Virus record (IMG/VR): IMGVR_UViG_3300035502_001274
Location: 124,842-188,841 of that record
DNA length: 64,000 nucleotides
Source of the DNA: a virus
Lineage: Duplodnaviria > Caudoviricetes
Direction: 5' to 3' (one strand)
In this document: piece after piece, positions 28,685 through 39,185 of the stretch
Numbering within the stretch: position 1 is the stretch's first letter
How the letters are laid out: every line of letters begins with the position of its first letter
Position numbers and translations under genes: made by a program
Notes under the pieces: generated by a model
What the model was told of the DNA's origin: nothing
Seen by the model: the letters and a program-made list of their open reading frames with translations, nothing else
The model's database searches: none

Positions 28685-28906
28685 ATGTTGAACTTTGGCA
28701 AGGTGGGTGCTAAGAATCTGGCACGCATCAGCGAGCTGTGGGATCTCGCAAAAGACAATCCCACTCTGCGGGCTCTTTTCAAGAAGCTCGACGGCACCAA
28801 TGCAAAAGAAGCATACATTATCCTGAAGAATATGGATGATAATGAGCTCCGTTTGCTGGCCGCCTTGATTGGCCAAGCCAATAGTAAATTTGAGAGGAAG
28901 GGCTAA
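28685..28906 (+). CDS. Small helical hypothetical protein
   Basis: AGAAAGGAAG SD; coupled to the next gene. Confidence 0.7.
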   Translation: MLNFGKVGAKNLARISELWDLAKDNPTLRALFKKLDGTNAKEAYIILKNMDDNELRLLAALIGQANSKFERKG

Positions 28907-28907
28907 T

Positions 28908-29957
28908 ATGCGAAACGACATGAAAACTCTGTCCAAGGCATGCAACCTGCTGGATGGAGGAAACGGGTGGTCTGGAGACCGGTATCGTAAGAAACTGGTC
29001 GAAACGATCGCCGATGAAGACTTCCTGGCGGCAGTCTTCAAACCCGTAGCCGGCGAAGGCTACACCAAAGCCGATATTTCGGCAAAGCTGACCCAGCTGT
29101 ATGACAGCGCCACCAAGAGAAGCTCCATTCGCTTCATTGCCGAGGCTATCGACGATTATGGCTATGGCAATATGAATCGGGCATCGGCGGCATTTCTGGC
29201 AACGCTGGTCAATCTGGGCATGGCTACCATCGACACGAAAGCCATGGACCTCGGCAGAGCCAGAGATCACGATGAGATCTCCAGCCGGGAGTTCGACCGG
29301 AACATGGAGAAGCTGAACGAGTATCAGGAGAATCTGCAGCAGCTCCTCAAGTATGCCAAGCGCATCATCAAGGGTAAGGCAAAGTCCCTGGCTTCCAAGA
29401 CTGGACTGCCCAAGGACGTGTGCAGCTCTGCGTTGTTCACGGTGCCTGGCTATGAGTATGTGGACCAGTATAAGCTGGGCTTCTATCTGAAGACCGTACT
29501 GGGCAATCTCTATGGGTTCGTGAACTACAACCCGGAAGAGTTCGAGTATGAATTTGAGGACGTCGACTGGAAGACGTTCTTCGGCGTGGTCTTCGGCAAG
29601 GAACGGATTCCCGATATCGCATCCCTGATTCTGCTGGAAGGCGTGGAGTCCATCAACAAGTACAAGAACCAGCGGGATGTGAGAGCGTGCTGGGATGCGC
29701 TGACGACGTTCGCGCTCAAGTCCCTGAACCAGGCTCCGGAGAGCATCCGCGATCAGATGCTGGAGCTGTATCTGAAGCGTCTCAATAAGATGCTGGCAGA
29801 TCACAACATTGACCTGCGTATCGATCTGCGCATGGTTGATGATTTTCGCTTCGAGAATCTGGCCAACACGGTCTCGAAGTATAAGGCCAAGATCGATGCG
29901 GTGATGGGCAAAGCCAGAACGCTGGCCAATGCCCGTCCTGAAACTTCTCCGGTGTAA
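28908..29957 (+). CDS. Hypothetical helical protein
   Basis: ATG 28908 after GAGG; strong codon bias. Confidence 0.8.
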   Translation: MRNDMKTLSKACNLLDGGNGWSGDRYRKKLVETIADEDFLAAVFKPVAGEGYTKADISAKLTQLYDSATKRSSIRFIAEAIDDYGYGNMNRASAAFLATLVNLGMATIDTKAMDLGRARDHDEISSREFDRNMEKLNEYQENLQQLLKYAKRIIKGKAKSLASKTGLPKDVCSSALFTVPGYEYVDQYKLGFYLKTVLGNLYGFVNYNPEEFEYEFEDVDWKTFFGVVFGKERIPDIASLILLEGVESINKYKNQRDVRACWDALTTFALKSLNQAPESIRDQMLELYLKRLNKMLADHNIDLRIDLRMVDDFRFENLANTVSKYKAKIDAVMGKARTLANARPETSPV

Positions 29958-30006
29958 AGCCACCGGAGAAGTTAACTCTTAAATATCAGAAAGGAATTGA
30001 ATAATC

Positions 30007-30945
30007 ATGGCTAAGAAGAAAACGGAAGATACGATGGACGATATCATCACCAAGGCAACCACCAAGACCAGCATCAAGGGTGACGATACCCTGCACCGCG
30101 AGGCCATCTTCGGCGAGACTCCCGAAGAGAAGGCCGCTCGCAAGGCTGCCAAGAAAGAGAAGAAAGAGCGCAAGGCCGCTGCCAAGGCTGCCGAGAAGCA
30201 GGCTGAGATGGGCGACACCGAAGGCTGTGCTCATCATGAGCACGGCGAGGGCGGTTGTCCCTCTACCATGAACCGGCTGTTGTTGGATACGCTGCAGGAC
30301 AGCGTGGTGAACATCAATGCCAAGCTGGACGCCATTCAGGATATGATCCAGTGCATGGTCAGCAAGACCCAGGCCGAAGAGGTGCACCGTGACATCATCC
30401 AGCACATCAACAACGCCACCGTGAACCTCTCCGATGTCATCGAGGATATCACTATGGATAACATCCCCGGCACCACTATGCTGGCGTCGTCTGATGGAAC
30501 TCCTGATTTCAACAACTGCAGCATCGGTACTCTCGTGATTAAGCCCGGCAAGAAGAGCGTCATCAAGGGTGCCGAGCAGACTATCTTGCATGGCGATGCT
30601 GATGACGACTTCGACGATGATGATGACGATGAGTACGACGGCTGGCCCTATGACGATGAGGGCGAGGACGAAGATCCGTTCACATGCGGCGCATCTAGCG
30701 ACAGCGCGATCGACATCGATATGCCGAAGCCCTGCCCGCCCAGCGAACTGTGCCACGATCTGGCCTTTGAATATCTGCGGGACATCTTCCCGAATATTGC
30801 TCCCGACGGCATTGCGGTGAAGTATAACGCCGCATATATCTCCAACACGCTGCATATGCTCAGATGGACCGACCATGATCTTGAGCGGGCCATCCAGTTC
30901 ATCCAGGACAATCCGGAGGATGCACCGGAGAAATCCGAGGAATAA
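30007..30945 (+). CDS. Hypothetical protein with Lys-rich and very acidic tracts
   Basis: AGAAAGGA SD; KAARKAAKKEKK and DDDFDDDDDDEY tracts. Confidence 0.8.
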   Translation: MAKKKTEDTMDDIITKATTKTSIKGDDTLHREAIFGETPEEKAARKAAKKEKKERKAAAKAAEKQAEMGDTEGCAHHEHGEGGCPSTMNRLLLDTLQDSVVNINAKLDAIQDMIQCMVSKTQAEEVHRDIIQHINNATVNLSDVIEDITMDNIPGTTMLASSDGTPDFNNCSIGTLVIKPGKKSVIKGAEQTILHGDADDDFDDDDDDEYDGWPYDDEGEDEDPFTCGASSDSAIDIDMPKPCPPSELCHDLAFEYLRDIFPNIAPDGIAVKYNAAYISNTLHMLRWTDHDLERAIQFIQDNPEDAPEKSEE

Positions 30946-30960
30946 GGAGGTGACTATGGA

Positions 30961-32094
30961 ATGATCTACGTAGAATCGTTCCGGCACCTGGTCCAAGAAT
31001 GGATAGAGATTCAGCATCCTCGTGATGTTGCGGAGTGGCCTTGGGATCCTGATTCCAGACTGTTCATGATCAATCTCTATCCTGTCAGTTCTGGGGAAAC
31101 TCTCATGAAGCGGCCGACGCCTTTCATCTCCATTCTCATCAATCAGCTGGAGAAGGTGCAGCCCTGGCTTATCCATGAGGGTCAGTATCTCTACAGAAGC
31201 TACTTTGAGAGGCCCAGCTTCAAGCTGCCTCGCAAGTATGTATACGATCCTCTGGTCAATGGGGATAAGAGCCTGAAGACCAGCCGCTATACCTTCGAAT
31301 CCGACAGTTATGGCAACCTTGCCTCTGACTGGAGTGGAGAAGATCTGCGGCTGGCTCGCATTCTGGCGCATCGTCCCCATGTTCGCTACTCCGTCTATGA
31401 CTCCCATGAGTATCATTCCATCCGTGCAAGGTTGGATGCTCTGGAAGCCAAGGCCGATCATGGAGTGACTGTGCCCATGGCGGAGAACCTCTTCGATCTG
31501 ACAGAGTATGCAGAGAACCAACCTGCTCATGACATGGCGCTGATGCTGATTCAAGCTCCGGTCGTTGGCATTGTGAAACCGATGCGGAAATCCAAGGAGT
31601 ATAAGATCATCAATGGAGCTCTCATTATGGTGGATGACGTCCAGTTGTCCATCAATGAAGAGCCCTGCCATGAAGCTTATCAGAAGGAGCGGATTCCTTT
31701 CGAGCAGCTCGTAGGAGCAGAAGGCCATAAAGCGATGGGCGTGGAGAACAGCGCCAGAGCCATCGTGTATGTGGCCGCTGAAGTTCCCTGCGGGATCTTT
31801 ACCTTCCAGGAGGTCACGCCAAGTGATACCGTGGAGACTGGAATGAAGGACACCTATGTACGGGTGATCAATCACCAGTTCATCATCGCTCCTGAGGCCA
31901 GTAATAAGAAAGGCCGCAAGATTGAAGTTCGACTCCATCATACCATTACCGAAGGCCTCATGCCCAAGGTGAAAGAGTGCAATGCATTCTTCGCCAGACG
32001 CAATGAGAAGCTCTTCTATCGAAGCGACATGCCCAATGGCTTTATCAAACAGCAGGGCGGTAATGCTGTTTCGATGTCCATGCCAATGGAGTAA
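30961..32094 (+). CDS. Hypothetical protein
   Basis: 377-aa ORF after AAGGAGG; hairpin downstream at 32106-32139. Confidence 0.75.
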   Translation: MIYVESFRHLVQEWIEIQHPRDVAEWPWDPDSRLFMINLYPVSSGETLMKRPTPFISILINQLEKVQPWLIHEGQYLYRSYFERPSFKLPRKYVYDPLVNGDKSLKTSRYTFESDSYGNLASDWSGEDLRLARILAHRPHVRYSVYDSHEYHSIRARLDALEAKADHGVTVPMAENLFDLTEYAENQPAHDMALMLIQAPVVGIVKPMRKSKEYKIINGALIMVDDVQLSINEEPCHEAYQKERIPFEQLVGAEGHKAMGVENSARAIVYVAAEVPCGIFTFQEVTPSDTVETGMKDTYVRVINHQFIIAPEASNKKGRKIEVRLHHTITEGLMPKVKECNAFFARRNEKLFYRSDMPNGFIKQQGGNAVSMSMPME

Positions 32095-32306
32095 ATCATC
32101 TCCAAGAGAGGTCCCCGTGTCTACATACGGGGACCTCTCCCAGAACGGCAAATTAGCACACTTGTGTCTCTTTTTTGCCGGGATTTGCCGTCATAAAATT
32201 AAACATATCGTAACACATCTGGTAATGCACCAATTTCTAGAAATTGGTACGGGACCACAATTGCTCTACCAGTTGTGCTATCTTTATACTGAAAGGAAAC
32301 TGCTCT

Positions 32307-33137
32307 ATGTCAATTCATTACGTTAATGAGCACCTTATCACCGAAGAGGTTACCGGCGAAGGGACTTGGCCTCAGAATAACGATGAGGCTTACAAGAGAA
32401 TTATGATCAAGACGACTGAAGATGCGGTCCGCAAGCTGGAGGACGGCTCCTTTGAGCCCAACATCCGGACGATCTGCGCCCACAACTGCAGCCTGGTTCC
32501 CACGGCCTACACCCGGATCTCTTCTACCATTCGTGACGGCGCTTTTGCGCCCAAGATCACCATCCGCACTTCCACCGATACCCGCTACAACAGCGATATC
32601 TTTGTGGTCGCCCTGCCCTACGACGGCATGATCAAGCCCTTCACGCACAACACCAATGCGCTGAACATCTTCAAGAGCCTGATCGTGAAATCCGACAAGT
32701 TCAGCATCAAGCATGAGGACCACACCTATCGCCGCTGCGCCTACTTCATCGTCCGTCCCCATCATGACTGGCTGGGCAACGATGGCTGGTACGGCCCCGA
32801 CTGCGACCTGGTTCTGACCTTTGCGCAGTCCAACCGCAACAAGGCTACCCAGTCCGACGAGGAGCTGCAGTGGACCTTCAAGACGGTTCGCGTTCGGTTC
32901 GGCGAAAACGGCAAGTACGAGATCACCTCCACCGAGGAGACCGCCCCCTATGACACCTTCAATCCCGAGGACATCAAGTCCGCTCCCATTTGCGAGCTGG
33001 TGGCTCCCACTCAGCTGCATGATGACGGCACCGGCACTTTCCGTCGGGAAGAGCGTCACAATGACGGCGGCCGGGATCGCGATGACCGCGGCGGCAACCG
33101 TAATAACGGTTTCAAGAAGGGCGGCAAGCGCCGCTAA
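32307..33137 (+). CDS. Hypothetical protein with RGG-rich basic tail
   Basis: ATG 32307 after GAAAGGA; tail RDDRGGNRNNGFKKGGKRR. Confidence 0.8.
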   Translation: MSIHYVNEHLITEEVTGEGTWPQNNDEAYKRIMIKTTEDAVRKLEDGSFEPNIRTICAHNCSLVPTAYTRISSTIRDGAFAPKITIRTSTDTRYNSDIFVVALPYDGMIKPFTHNTNALNIFKSLIVKSDKFSIKHEDHTYRRCAYFIVRPHHDWLGNDGWYGPDCDLVLTFAQSNRNKATQSDEELQWTFKTVRVRFGENGKYEITSTEETAPYDTFNPEDIKSAPICELVAPTQLHDDGTGTFRREERHNDGGRDRDDRGGNRNNGFKKGGKRR

Positions 33138-33195
33138 GTAACGGCTTAAATGCACCTCTAGGCACTGCCTAGAGGTGCTTAAATCCCTATATTGC

Positions 33196-33203
33196 CATAT
33201 TAT
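33196..33203 (+). promoter_or_regulatory. Early-type promoter
   Basis: CATATTAT upstream of recA. Confidence 0.5.
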
Positions 33204-33257
33204 TTCATCGGCAAAAGTACATTAACTCTCGACTTTACGTAGAAAGGAATTTTGAGA

Positions 33258-34472
33258 ATGGGACTTATCGACGATTTGCATGCATCGGACAAGAAAGGAC
33301 TGTTTAAGTCCAACGATGACTTTGTGAACTACTCCACCGGTCTCCTGCCTTTGGATTATGCCAACGGCTTTTGGATGACCCAGGTGGATCCTGACACGGG
33401 AGAGACTTTCCGTGAACCTATCCCCGGTGTCCTGGGTGGCAAGTTGATACTCATGTTTGGCACCACAGGCTCTGGTAAGACGACCCTGGCGACCCAGATC
33501 GCCTATTCCATCATCAAGCCCTTTGAAGATGGCCTGCTGATGCTGGTGGATTGCGAGCAGACCGCATTGAAAGAGCGGATGTGCTCCATCACCAATAATG
33601 ATCAGGACGATCCCCGCATTATCCTTAATGTGGACAACACCAGCATCGAAGATGTGCTGGAGATCATCAACGAACTGTGCCAGCTGAAAGAAGATGGCGG
33701 CACGACCTACATGTACGAAGCGAAGAATCGCACATACCATCGGAAGACTGTCAAGAGGTATGTGCCGTCTGTCATCATCATCGACTCTTTGCGGCAGTTC
33801 AATCCCAAGAATAAGGACGTTGTCACGTTGGGCAATAACATGGACAATGCGCGTGAAGCGCAGGCCATTGCCCGGTTCCTGGATAACGTCATCAATCGCA
33901 TCAATAAGTACAACATCACCATCATCTACACCAACCACATCCAGCCCAAGATTGATGCCAACCCCTACTCTCAGCCGCCTCGTGGCTTGATGCTGTCTCC
34001 TCAGACGGAGACGCTGCCTCGCGGCACTCGTCCGCTCTTCTTGGCGCATACGGCCATTCGTGCCAACTCCATCAAGAGCAATATGTACACCAAAGAGGAC
34101 GTTGGATTTGATGGATTCATGGTCAACCTGATGCTGGCTAAGTCCAAGACCAACTTCATCGGCGCGACGCTGAACGTGGCATTCAACGCCAGTAAGGGAT
34201 TTGATCCCATCTACACGATGTTTGAATTCGCCAAGCAGTGCGGCATCGTCCAGGGCAAGAATCCCAATCTCTATCTGGAGGGATTGCCCGATATGAAGTT
34301 CTCTCGGAAGAACTTCTCTGAGAAGATGATCAATAATCCGGAGTTCAATACCAAGGTCATGCGGACGCTCCAGCCTTATCTGGAAGCGCTGCTGGGCGCC
34401 AAGGAAGTCACAGAGGACGACAGAGTCCAGTATGGTGACTATGCATCTCTGGATGTTGAAGACTCCAAGTAA
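33258..34472 (+). CDS. recA: RecA/UvsX-like recombinase
   Basis: YSTGLLPLD, GTTGSGKTT Walker A, VDCE, IIIDSL Walker B, IYTNHI. Confidence 0.88.
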   Translation: MGLIDDLHASDKKGLFKSNDDFVNYSTGLLPLDYANGFWMTQVDPDTGETFREPIPGVLGGKLILMFGTTGSGKTTLATQIAYSIIKPFEDGLLMLVDCEQTALKERMCSITNNDQDDPRIILNVDNTSIEDVLEIINELCQLKEDGGTTYMYEAKNRTYHRKTVKRYVPSVIIIDSLRQFNPKNKDVVTLGNNMDNAREAQAIARFLDNVINRINKYNITIIYTNHIQPKIDANPYSQPPRGLMLSPQTETLPRGTRPLFLAHTAIRANSIKSNMYTKEDVGFDGFMVNLMLAKSKTNFIGATLNVAFNASKGFDPIYTMFEFAKQCGIVQGKNPNLYLEGLPDMKFSRKNFSEKMINNPEFNTKVMRTLQPYLEALLGAKEVTEDDRVQYGDYASLDVEDSK

Positions 34473-34530
34473 CCGAATGAGAGGGTCGATGCCCTAACCA
34501 GGCATCGACCCTCAAGAAAGGAGAGTTTAC

Positions 34531-34929
34531 ATGAATGCTTTACCAGAAGAATTGGCATCTCGTATTGAAGAGATACGTCAGGAGAAGAAATACCAGTATA
34601 GAAAGCCCATCGAAGTACGTGAGGTAACGCGAAATCTCGCATGGGACTTTGATGGTGACGTGCTGGATCCTATAAAGGCTGACTTGCATCGCAAAGTTAT
34701 GGATACCTTGGCCACTTTGGCAACTATTCGAGGAGACGCTGAGATTCTTGAAAGCACAACTCCTGCGTATAAAGTGCACGATGAAACACCTAAGTCTCCG
34801 CTGGCAAAAATGCTCGAGAATTGGATCGCAGGAATTCGAGATCCTTTTGCAACGGCGTATTATCGTCCATATGAATACAACTCTGAAAGTGTCAGAGAAC
34901 TGATTTCAAATCTATCGAAAGGATGGTAA
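34531..34929 (+). CDS. Hypothetical protein
   Basis: AAAGGAG SD; 132 aa. Confidence 0.7.
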   Translation: MNALPEELASRIEEIRQEKKYQYRKPIEVREVTRNLAWDFDGDVLDPIKADLHRKVMDTLATLATIRGDAEILESTTPAYKVHDETPKSPLAKMLENWIAGIRDPFATAYYRPYEYNSESVRELISNLSKGW

Positions 34930-34932
34930 ACG

Positions 34933-35901
34933 ATGCCAAATATGAAAGTTATTAAGCCTATCCAGAAGTATCTGCTCCAGTTATTTCCGTTGAGATCGGG
35001 CCAATTGGCAGTGAATTGCCTTCTGGAGTACATCAACTCCAAGACCAATGATGAACTTGCCGAAAATGATGGCTTGATCATTTCGTGCGATTGCTCTCAT
35101 TTGTATGCAGTGGGCACAGATGAATCTGCATTCGAGCTCGAGTTCTATTTCGATCGACTCCGTGGCATGTTCACACATCGTCTAAGTTGGAATAAATATG
35201 GTGAGACGAGTTACAGACTTAGCATTGCACATCCATGCAATCTAGGGCTGAGATACTGGACGCTCAATGATGTGCGAGAGCGCGCCAAACGTGTTAGTGA
35301 GCATTATAATCAGGTGTTTTACGAGTACGTCATTGAGCTAATCGCAGGGCAGTTGCTTCAGGCCGATCCACAGCTCGCAGTGTATATTGCAGCTCTTCCA
35401 TGTGCGCAGATTCCAGAGACAATTATGGATTCAATGTATGCGCCATGCTTCTTTAACTCATTTCATACCTACTTCAATGATCAGTTTGAATATGGGCCTG
35501 TGCGCGAGGTCCTACTGAATTTGATCAAATACCTGCTCGTATTGAGCCCCGATCAAGTACAAGAGGCGAAAATATTTACGTCTTATACGACAGCCAGGTC
35601 CAAAAACTTTCAATTCGAACTCGTGCCGTACTTCCATTTGACCAGCGGCACATTTGCATGGGAATTATCATGGAGCAAATATGGGACTCATGTTAAATGC
35701 GTGATAAACATTACGATGCATCTGGGATCTTTCACTTGGACGCTCGATCAACTTCAAACGTGTACGGCAGAAGATCTCATTAGGCCTTTTACGTCCTATT
35801 ATCTCACAGATTTACTGGGTCGTTTTGTCAGGCCTATCATCGAGGCAGACGAGAAGTTAGCCAAACACCTTATCGCACTCGAATATCACACTCTATACTG
35901 A
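34933..35901 (+). CDS. Hypothetical protein with internal domain duplication
   Basis: FELEFYF..LSWNKYG and FELVPYF..LSWSKYG; more AT-rich than neighbours. Confidence 0.7.
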   Translation: MPNMKVIKPIQKYLLQLFPLRSGQLAVNCLLEYINSKTNDELAENDGLIISCDCSHLYAVGTDESAFELEFYFDRLRGMFTHRLSWNKYGETSYRLSIAHPCNLGLRYWTLNDVRERAKRVSEHYNQVFYEYVIELIAGQLLQADPQLAVYIAALPCAQIPETIMDSMYAPCFFNSFHTYFNDQFEYGPVREVLLNLIKYLLVLSPDQVQEAKIFTSYTTARSKNFQFELVPYFHLTSGTFAWELSWSKYGTHVKCVINITMHLGSFTWTLDQLQTCTAEDLIRPFTSYYLTDLLGRFVRPIIEADEKLAKHLIALEYHTLY

Positions 35902-35916
35902 AAGGGATGAATATCA

Positions 35917-36597
35917 ATGACAAATCATGACAATCTCGCTGAGATGATGCAGTTGCATCTCCTCAAAGAGCTCCCATACAATTGGGCACAGCTCTCCCTG
36001 AATAAACTCTTGGCAGCGATTCCAGATACGCCGGAGGAGGACTTCGATCCTTTCAATACGTACGAGCCATTTCAATTGAAAGGCCCGGGCGTTGTATCGA
36101 GAGATGGTGTATTTGAATTCAAACCCGGCTACAATCGTCGGAAGGGCGTCATGGTGTTCATGCTGAATTGGGACAGAGTTACTGGGCATGACGGTTCGAG
36201 ATGCAGATGCGTCATGGAAACCGCGTTACTGGCTCCCACGTTCCTCGCGCCTGAGACAATTCGCAAGCTTAGACTGACCCTCGTTGGGAATTTCACGCCC
36301 ATGATCTATTCAACATTCCTCATGAAGAGCGTCGATGCTATGATGCATGAAGACCCTGAACTTATCGATCAATTTTCTCGTCAGCATGAATGGGACAACC
36401 ACGATGACGATGAATGGGATGATAAAGATTCAACCGCTACGCAGCTCAGTCTGGAGCAGCAGCGGATGCAGAAGATCATTGGCGAGTATGGCATCTTTAA
36501 TTTGGATACACCCAAAGGGCTTAAGAAAGATCCTCTAAAGGATGATGGAATTCTCGATACTGATGCAGTTCGGAATCTTCTAAAGGATCTGGGCTAA
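35917..36597 (+). CDS. Hypothetical protein, possible paralog of the 34933 domains
   Basis: FEFKPGY..MLNWDR segment. Confidence 0.7.
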   Translation: MTNHDNLAEMMQLHLLKELPYNWAQLSLNKLLAAIPDTPEEDFDPFNTYEPFQLKGPGVVSRDGVFEFKPGYNRRKGVMVFMLNWDRVTGHDGSRCRCVMETALLAPTFLAPETIRKLRLTLVGNFTPMIYSTFLMKSVDAMMHEDPELIDQFSRQHEWDNHDDDEWDDKDSTATQLSLEQQRMQKIIGEYGIFNLDTPKGLKKDPLKDDGILDTDAVRNLLKDLG

Positions 36598-36652
36598 CTT
36601 TTCATTGACTGAAAGACACGCAAATTAAACAAAAGGAGGCTGGAGATAAAAT

Positions 36653-39136
36653 ATGGCAGTAATTGATCTTCAACAGTACCAGCGCATGAACGATGCGTTC
36701 AGCGAGCATATGTATCGTATGTGGGGACCAACTCTGATCGGATTCCCAAGCGATACGGACTCTTCAAGAGCCCTGATGGCCACAAGCCAGCAAAAGCAGT
36801 TTCTAACCTTGCTGAACCCTGACGTTCCCCACGTCTTGACTGGCTTCGAGAATGCGTTTGGACAGCACAATCGCTCCTACAAGAAGCTGGATGGCGAGTG
36901 GGAAGTAGTAGATCGCGTCGACAAGTTCGGCGACGGCTCTGTATACACCCTCGTTCTCTACAATAAGGACACGAGAACTTACGACATGATCGAGAAAGTC
37001 ACCGCTGTCACCAAGACCGAGAAGTTCGGCTATCTGAATAACACGGAAAAGATGGACTCCTTGGAAGTCGGTGACAAGGTCAAAGACGCAGTTCTCTACA
37101 AGTCCACTTCATATGACAAGAACATGAACTACCGCCTGGGTAAGAATGCACTTGTCATGTACTCCACTTCCAATCCTACCATTGAAGATGCCATCTATGT
37201 CAGAAAAGGCTGGGCCGATACCGTGCAGTTCGTAGAGCTGGACACGGTCACGGTCCCTCTGAATGACAATGACATCTTCATCAATCGGTATGGAACGGAT
37301 AATGAGTATAAACCTTTCCCTGGCGTTGGCGAGCATGTCGTGGATAGTGTCATTTGCACTACCAGACGGATCGTCAAAGAGCACCTGCTGTATGATTTTC
37401 AGAGCAGAAACCTGCGGCAGAGCTGCTCCACCGATGTGGACTTCTTCACGTCTAAGAATGCGTATGTCTATGACATCAACGTCTATTACAATGGCGATGA
37501 AGAATTCCCACAGAATCTCTTCCACAGAGAGCTGGGAGAAGTCTATAGAGCATGCTGCACCTACGCAGATCGGCTTACCATCATCGCTAGGGAAATCAAA
37601 GAGAAGTGCAAGGGAAACTCTCGTTACCATTACACTTCTCACATTCCGCAGATCATCAGCAAGTATCAGCATGTAAGCGACCCTGAATACAAGTGGAAAT
37701 ACAAGGATCGTGAATTTGCCAATATCTTGGTGACCTTTAAGACCTATGCAGTGGTCAGCTTGCAAGCTGGCTATAAGCTGGTCGGCCGCTATGGCGATAA
37801 GGGCGTCATCTCCCGCATTGCCAGCGATAACATCGCAGAGGACACCGGCGAGACCGCCTACATTGAAGAGGTGATCAAGAATGGCCTCGTCAATAACTTC
37901 CAGGAGGAACTGACTCCTGAAGAGATGGCCATGTTGGCCAAGCGCTTCCATGTCGTGGAAGACAGTGAAATGCCCTACATGGAAGACGGCACCAAGGTGG
38001 ATATCCTTCTGAATGCTTCGGGAGCTATCCGAAGGCTTAACAATGGCCAGCTGGATGAGGTTGACTTGGCATTCCAGATGGAGTGCATCCGCAAGGAGAT
38101 CGTTAAGACGGAGGACATCGAGGAGAAGTATGCACTGCTCTTCAAGTTTCTGGAGATCGTCAATCGAGATGAATACAAGTTCTTCTATGGAAAGTATGCG
38201 CAGTGGTCTCAGAGAGTCACTGTCGATGGCCGGACCATTCAGCTGTTGGACCAGGAAGAGCGTTTGAGATTTATCAAGGACGTGGAAGAGCACGGCATCT
38301 ATCTCGTGAAACCGCCTCATGCATGTATCCGCTATGATACCGTCAAGGCGGTCTATGATGCATTCCCCTTCATTCAGCCTGTCCAGCTCTACATTGACAA
38401 GTTTGGGATTCCTCGGAAGAAGATTATGCGGCGGTGCATCGTGGGCACCAAGTACATGTATGCACTTAAGCAGACCTCTAATAAGAACTTCTCCGCGCGG
38501 TCGATGGGCCGTGTGAATAAGAAGGGCTTACCGGAGAAGTCCACCGATAAGAGAGACAATCGCGCAGAGATCAGCCACAATCCGCTGAAGTTGGGTGAGG
38601 TTCATAACCTCATGAGCTCCATCTCCGGCAGAGAAATGGCGGAGCATAACATCTTTACGAGAAGTTCCCCTGTCGGTCGCAAGTCTCTGCGTCGTATTCT
38701 GCAGGCCGCTGGAGATCCTGGTCAGATTCATAAGCTGAAGCTCAAGGCAGATTACCGCAACGTCAATGCGGACATCTTCAACGCTTATTTGAAGAGCTGG
38801 GGTATCCGGGTCAACTTCATGACTGATATCGACAACATCGAGGACATCTACATGGACGTGGTGCAACCTTTCCAGGTTCACGGCTATACGGTCTTTGATG
38901 TGCCTTCCAATAGGGATGTCTATGCCGCCCTCTTTGATGCTTATGAGAAGATCAAGGATGAAAACATCATTGTGCTGGACGGCGATACTGACTTGAATAC
39001 GTTCATCTGGAATAAGGTCTTTGAAGATGAGCGCTTCAAGGATACGCCTGAAGACATGCGGCGTGTATGTCTGGGCGCTTCCAATGGCGAATATGCCATC
39101 AAGGAAGACAAGACGCAGGACGAAGATGACGACTAA
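36653..39136 (+). CDS. rpoB: Multisubunit RNA polymerase beta subunit, C-terminal part (probably non-virion RNAP)
   Basis: DSSRALMATSQQKQ, EDAI, GYKLVGRYGDKGVIS, MPYMEDG.KVDILLN, RRLNNGQL, VGTKYMYALKQ. Confidence 0.92.
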   Translation: MAVIDLQQYQRMNDAFSEHMYRMWGPTLIGFPSDTDSSRALMATSQQKQFLTLLNPDVPHVLTGFENAFGQHNRSYKKLDGEWEVVDRVDKFGDGSVYTLVLYNKDTRTYDMIEKVTAVTKTEKFGYLNNTEKMDSLEVGDKVKDAVLYKSTSYDKNMNYRLGKNALVMYSTSNPTIEDAIYVRKGWADTVQFVELDTVTVPLNDNDIFINRYGTDNEYKPFPGVGEHVVDSVICTTRRIVKEHLLYDFQSRNLRQSCSTDVDFFTSKNAYVYDINVYYNGDEEFPQNLFHRELGEVYRACCTYADRLTIIAREIKEKCKGNSRYHYTSHIPQIISKYQHVSDPEYKWKYKDREFANILVTFKTYAVVSLQAGYKLVGRYGDKGVISRIASDNIAEDTGETAYIEEVIKNGLVNNFQEELTPEEMAMLAKRFHVVEDSEMPYMEDGTKVDILLNASGAIRRLNNGQLDEVDLAFQMECIRKEIVKTEDIEEKYALLFKFLEIVNRDEYKFFYGKYAQWSQRVTVDGRTIQLLDQEERLRFIKDVEEHGIYLVKPPHACIRYDTVKAVYDAFPFIQPVQLYIDKFGIPRKKIMRRCIVGTKYMYALKQTSNKNFSARSMGRVNKKGLPEKSTDKRDNRAEISHNPLKLGEVHNLMSSISGREMAEHNIFTRSSPVGRKSLRRILQAAGDPGQIHKLKLKADYRNVNADIFNAYLKSWGIRVNFMTDIDNIEDIYMDVVQPFQVHGYTVFDVPSNRDVYAALFDAYEKIKDENIIVLDGDTDLNTFIWNKVFEDERFKDTPEDMRRVCLGASNGEYAIKEDKTQDEDDD

Positions 39137-39146
39137 GAGTCGTTGT

Positions 39147-39185
39147 AAAGAAGCTACTATCCGTTTGGATAGTAGCTTCTTTTTT
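39147..39185. terminator. Bidirectional terminator
   Basis: AAAGAAGCTACTATCC/GGATAGTAGCTTCTTT. Confidence 0.88.

Noticed and set aside
29986-32151. 721-aa minus-strand ORF (likewise 60848-62587, 43468-44817, 13063-14298, 37109-38320)
   Set aside because: Antisense shadows of well-supported, codon-biased genes; no SD, promoter or protein motifs
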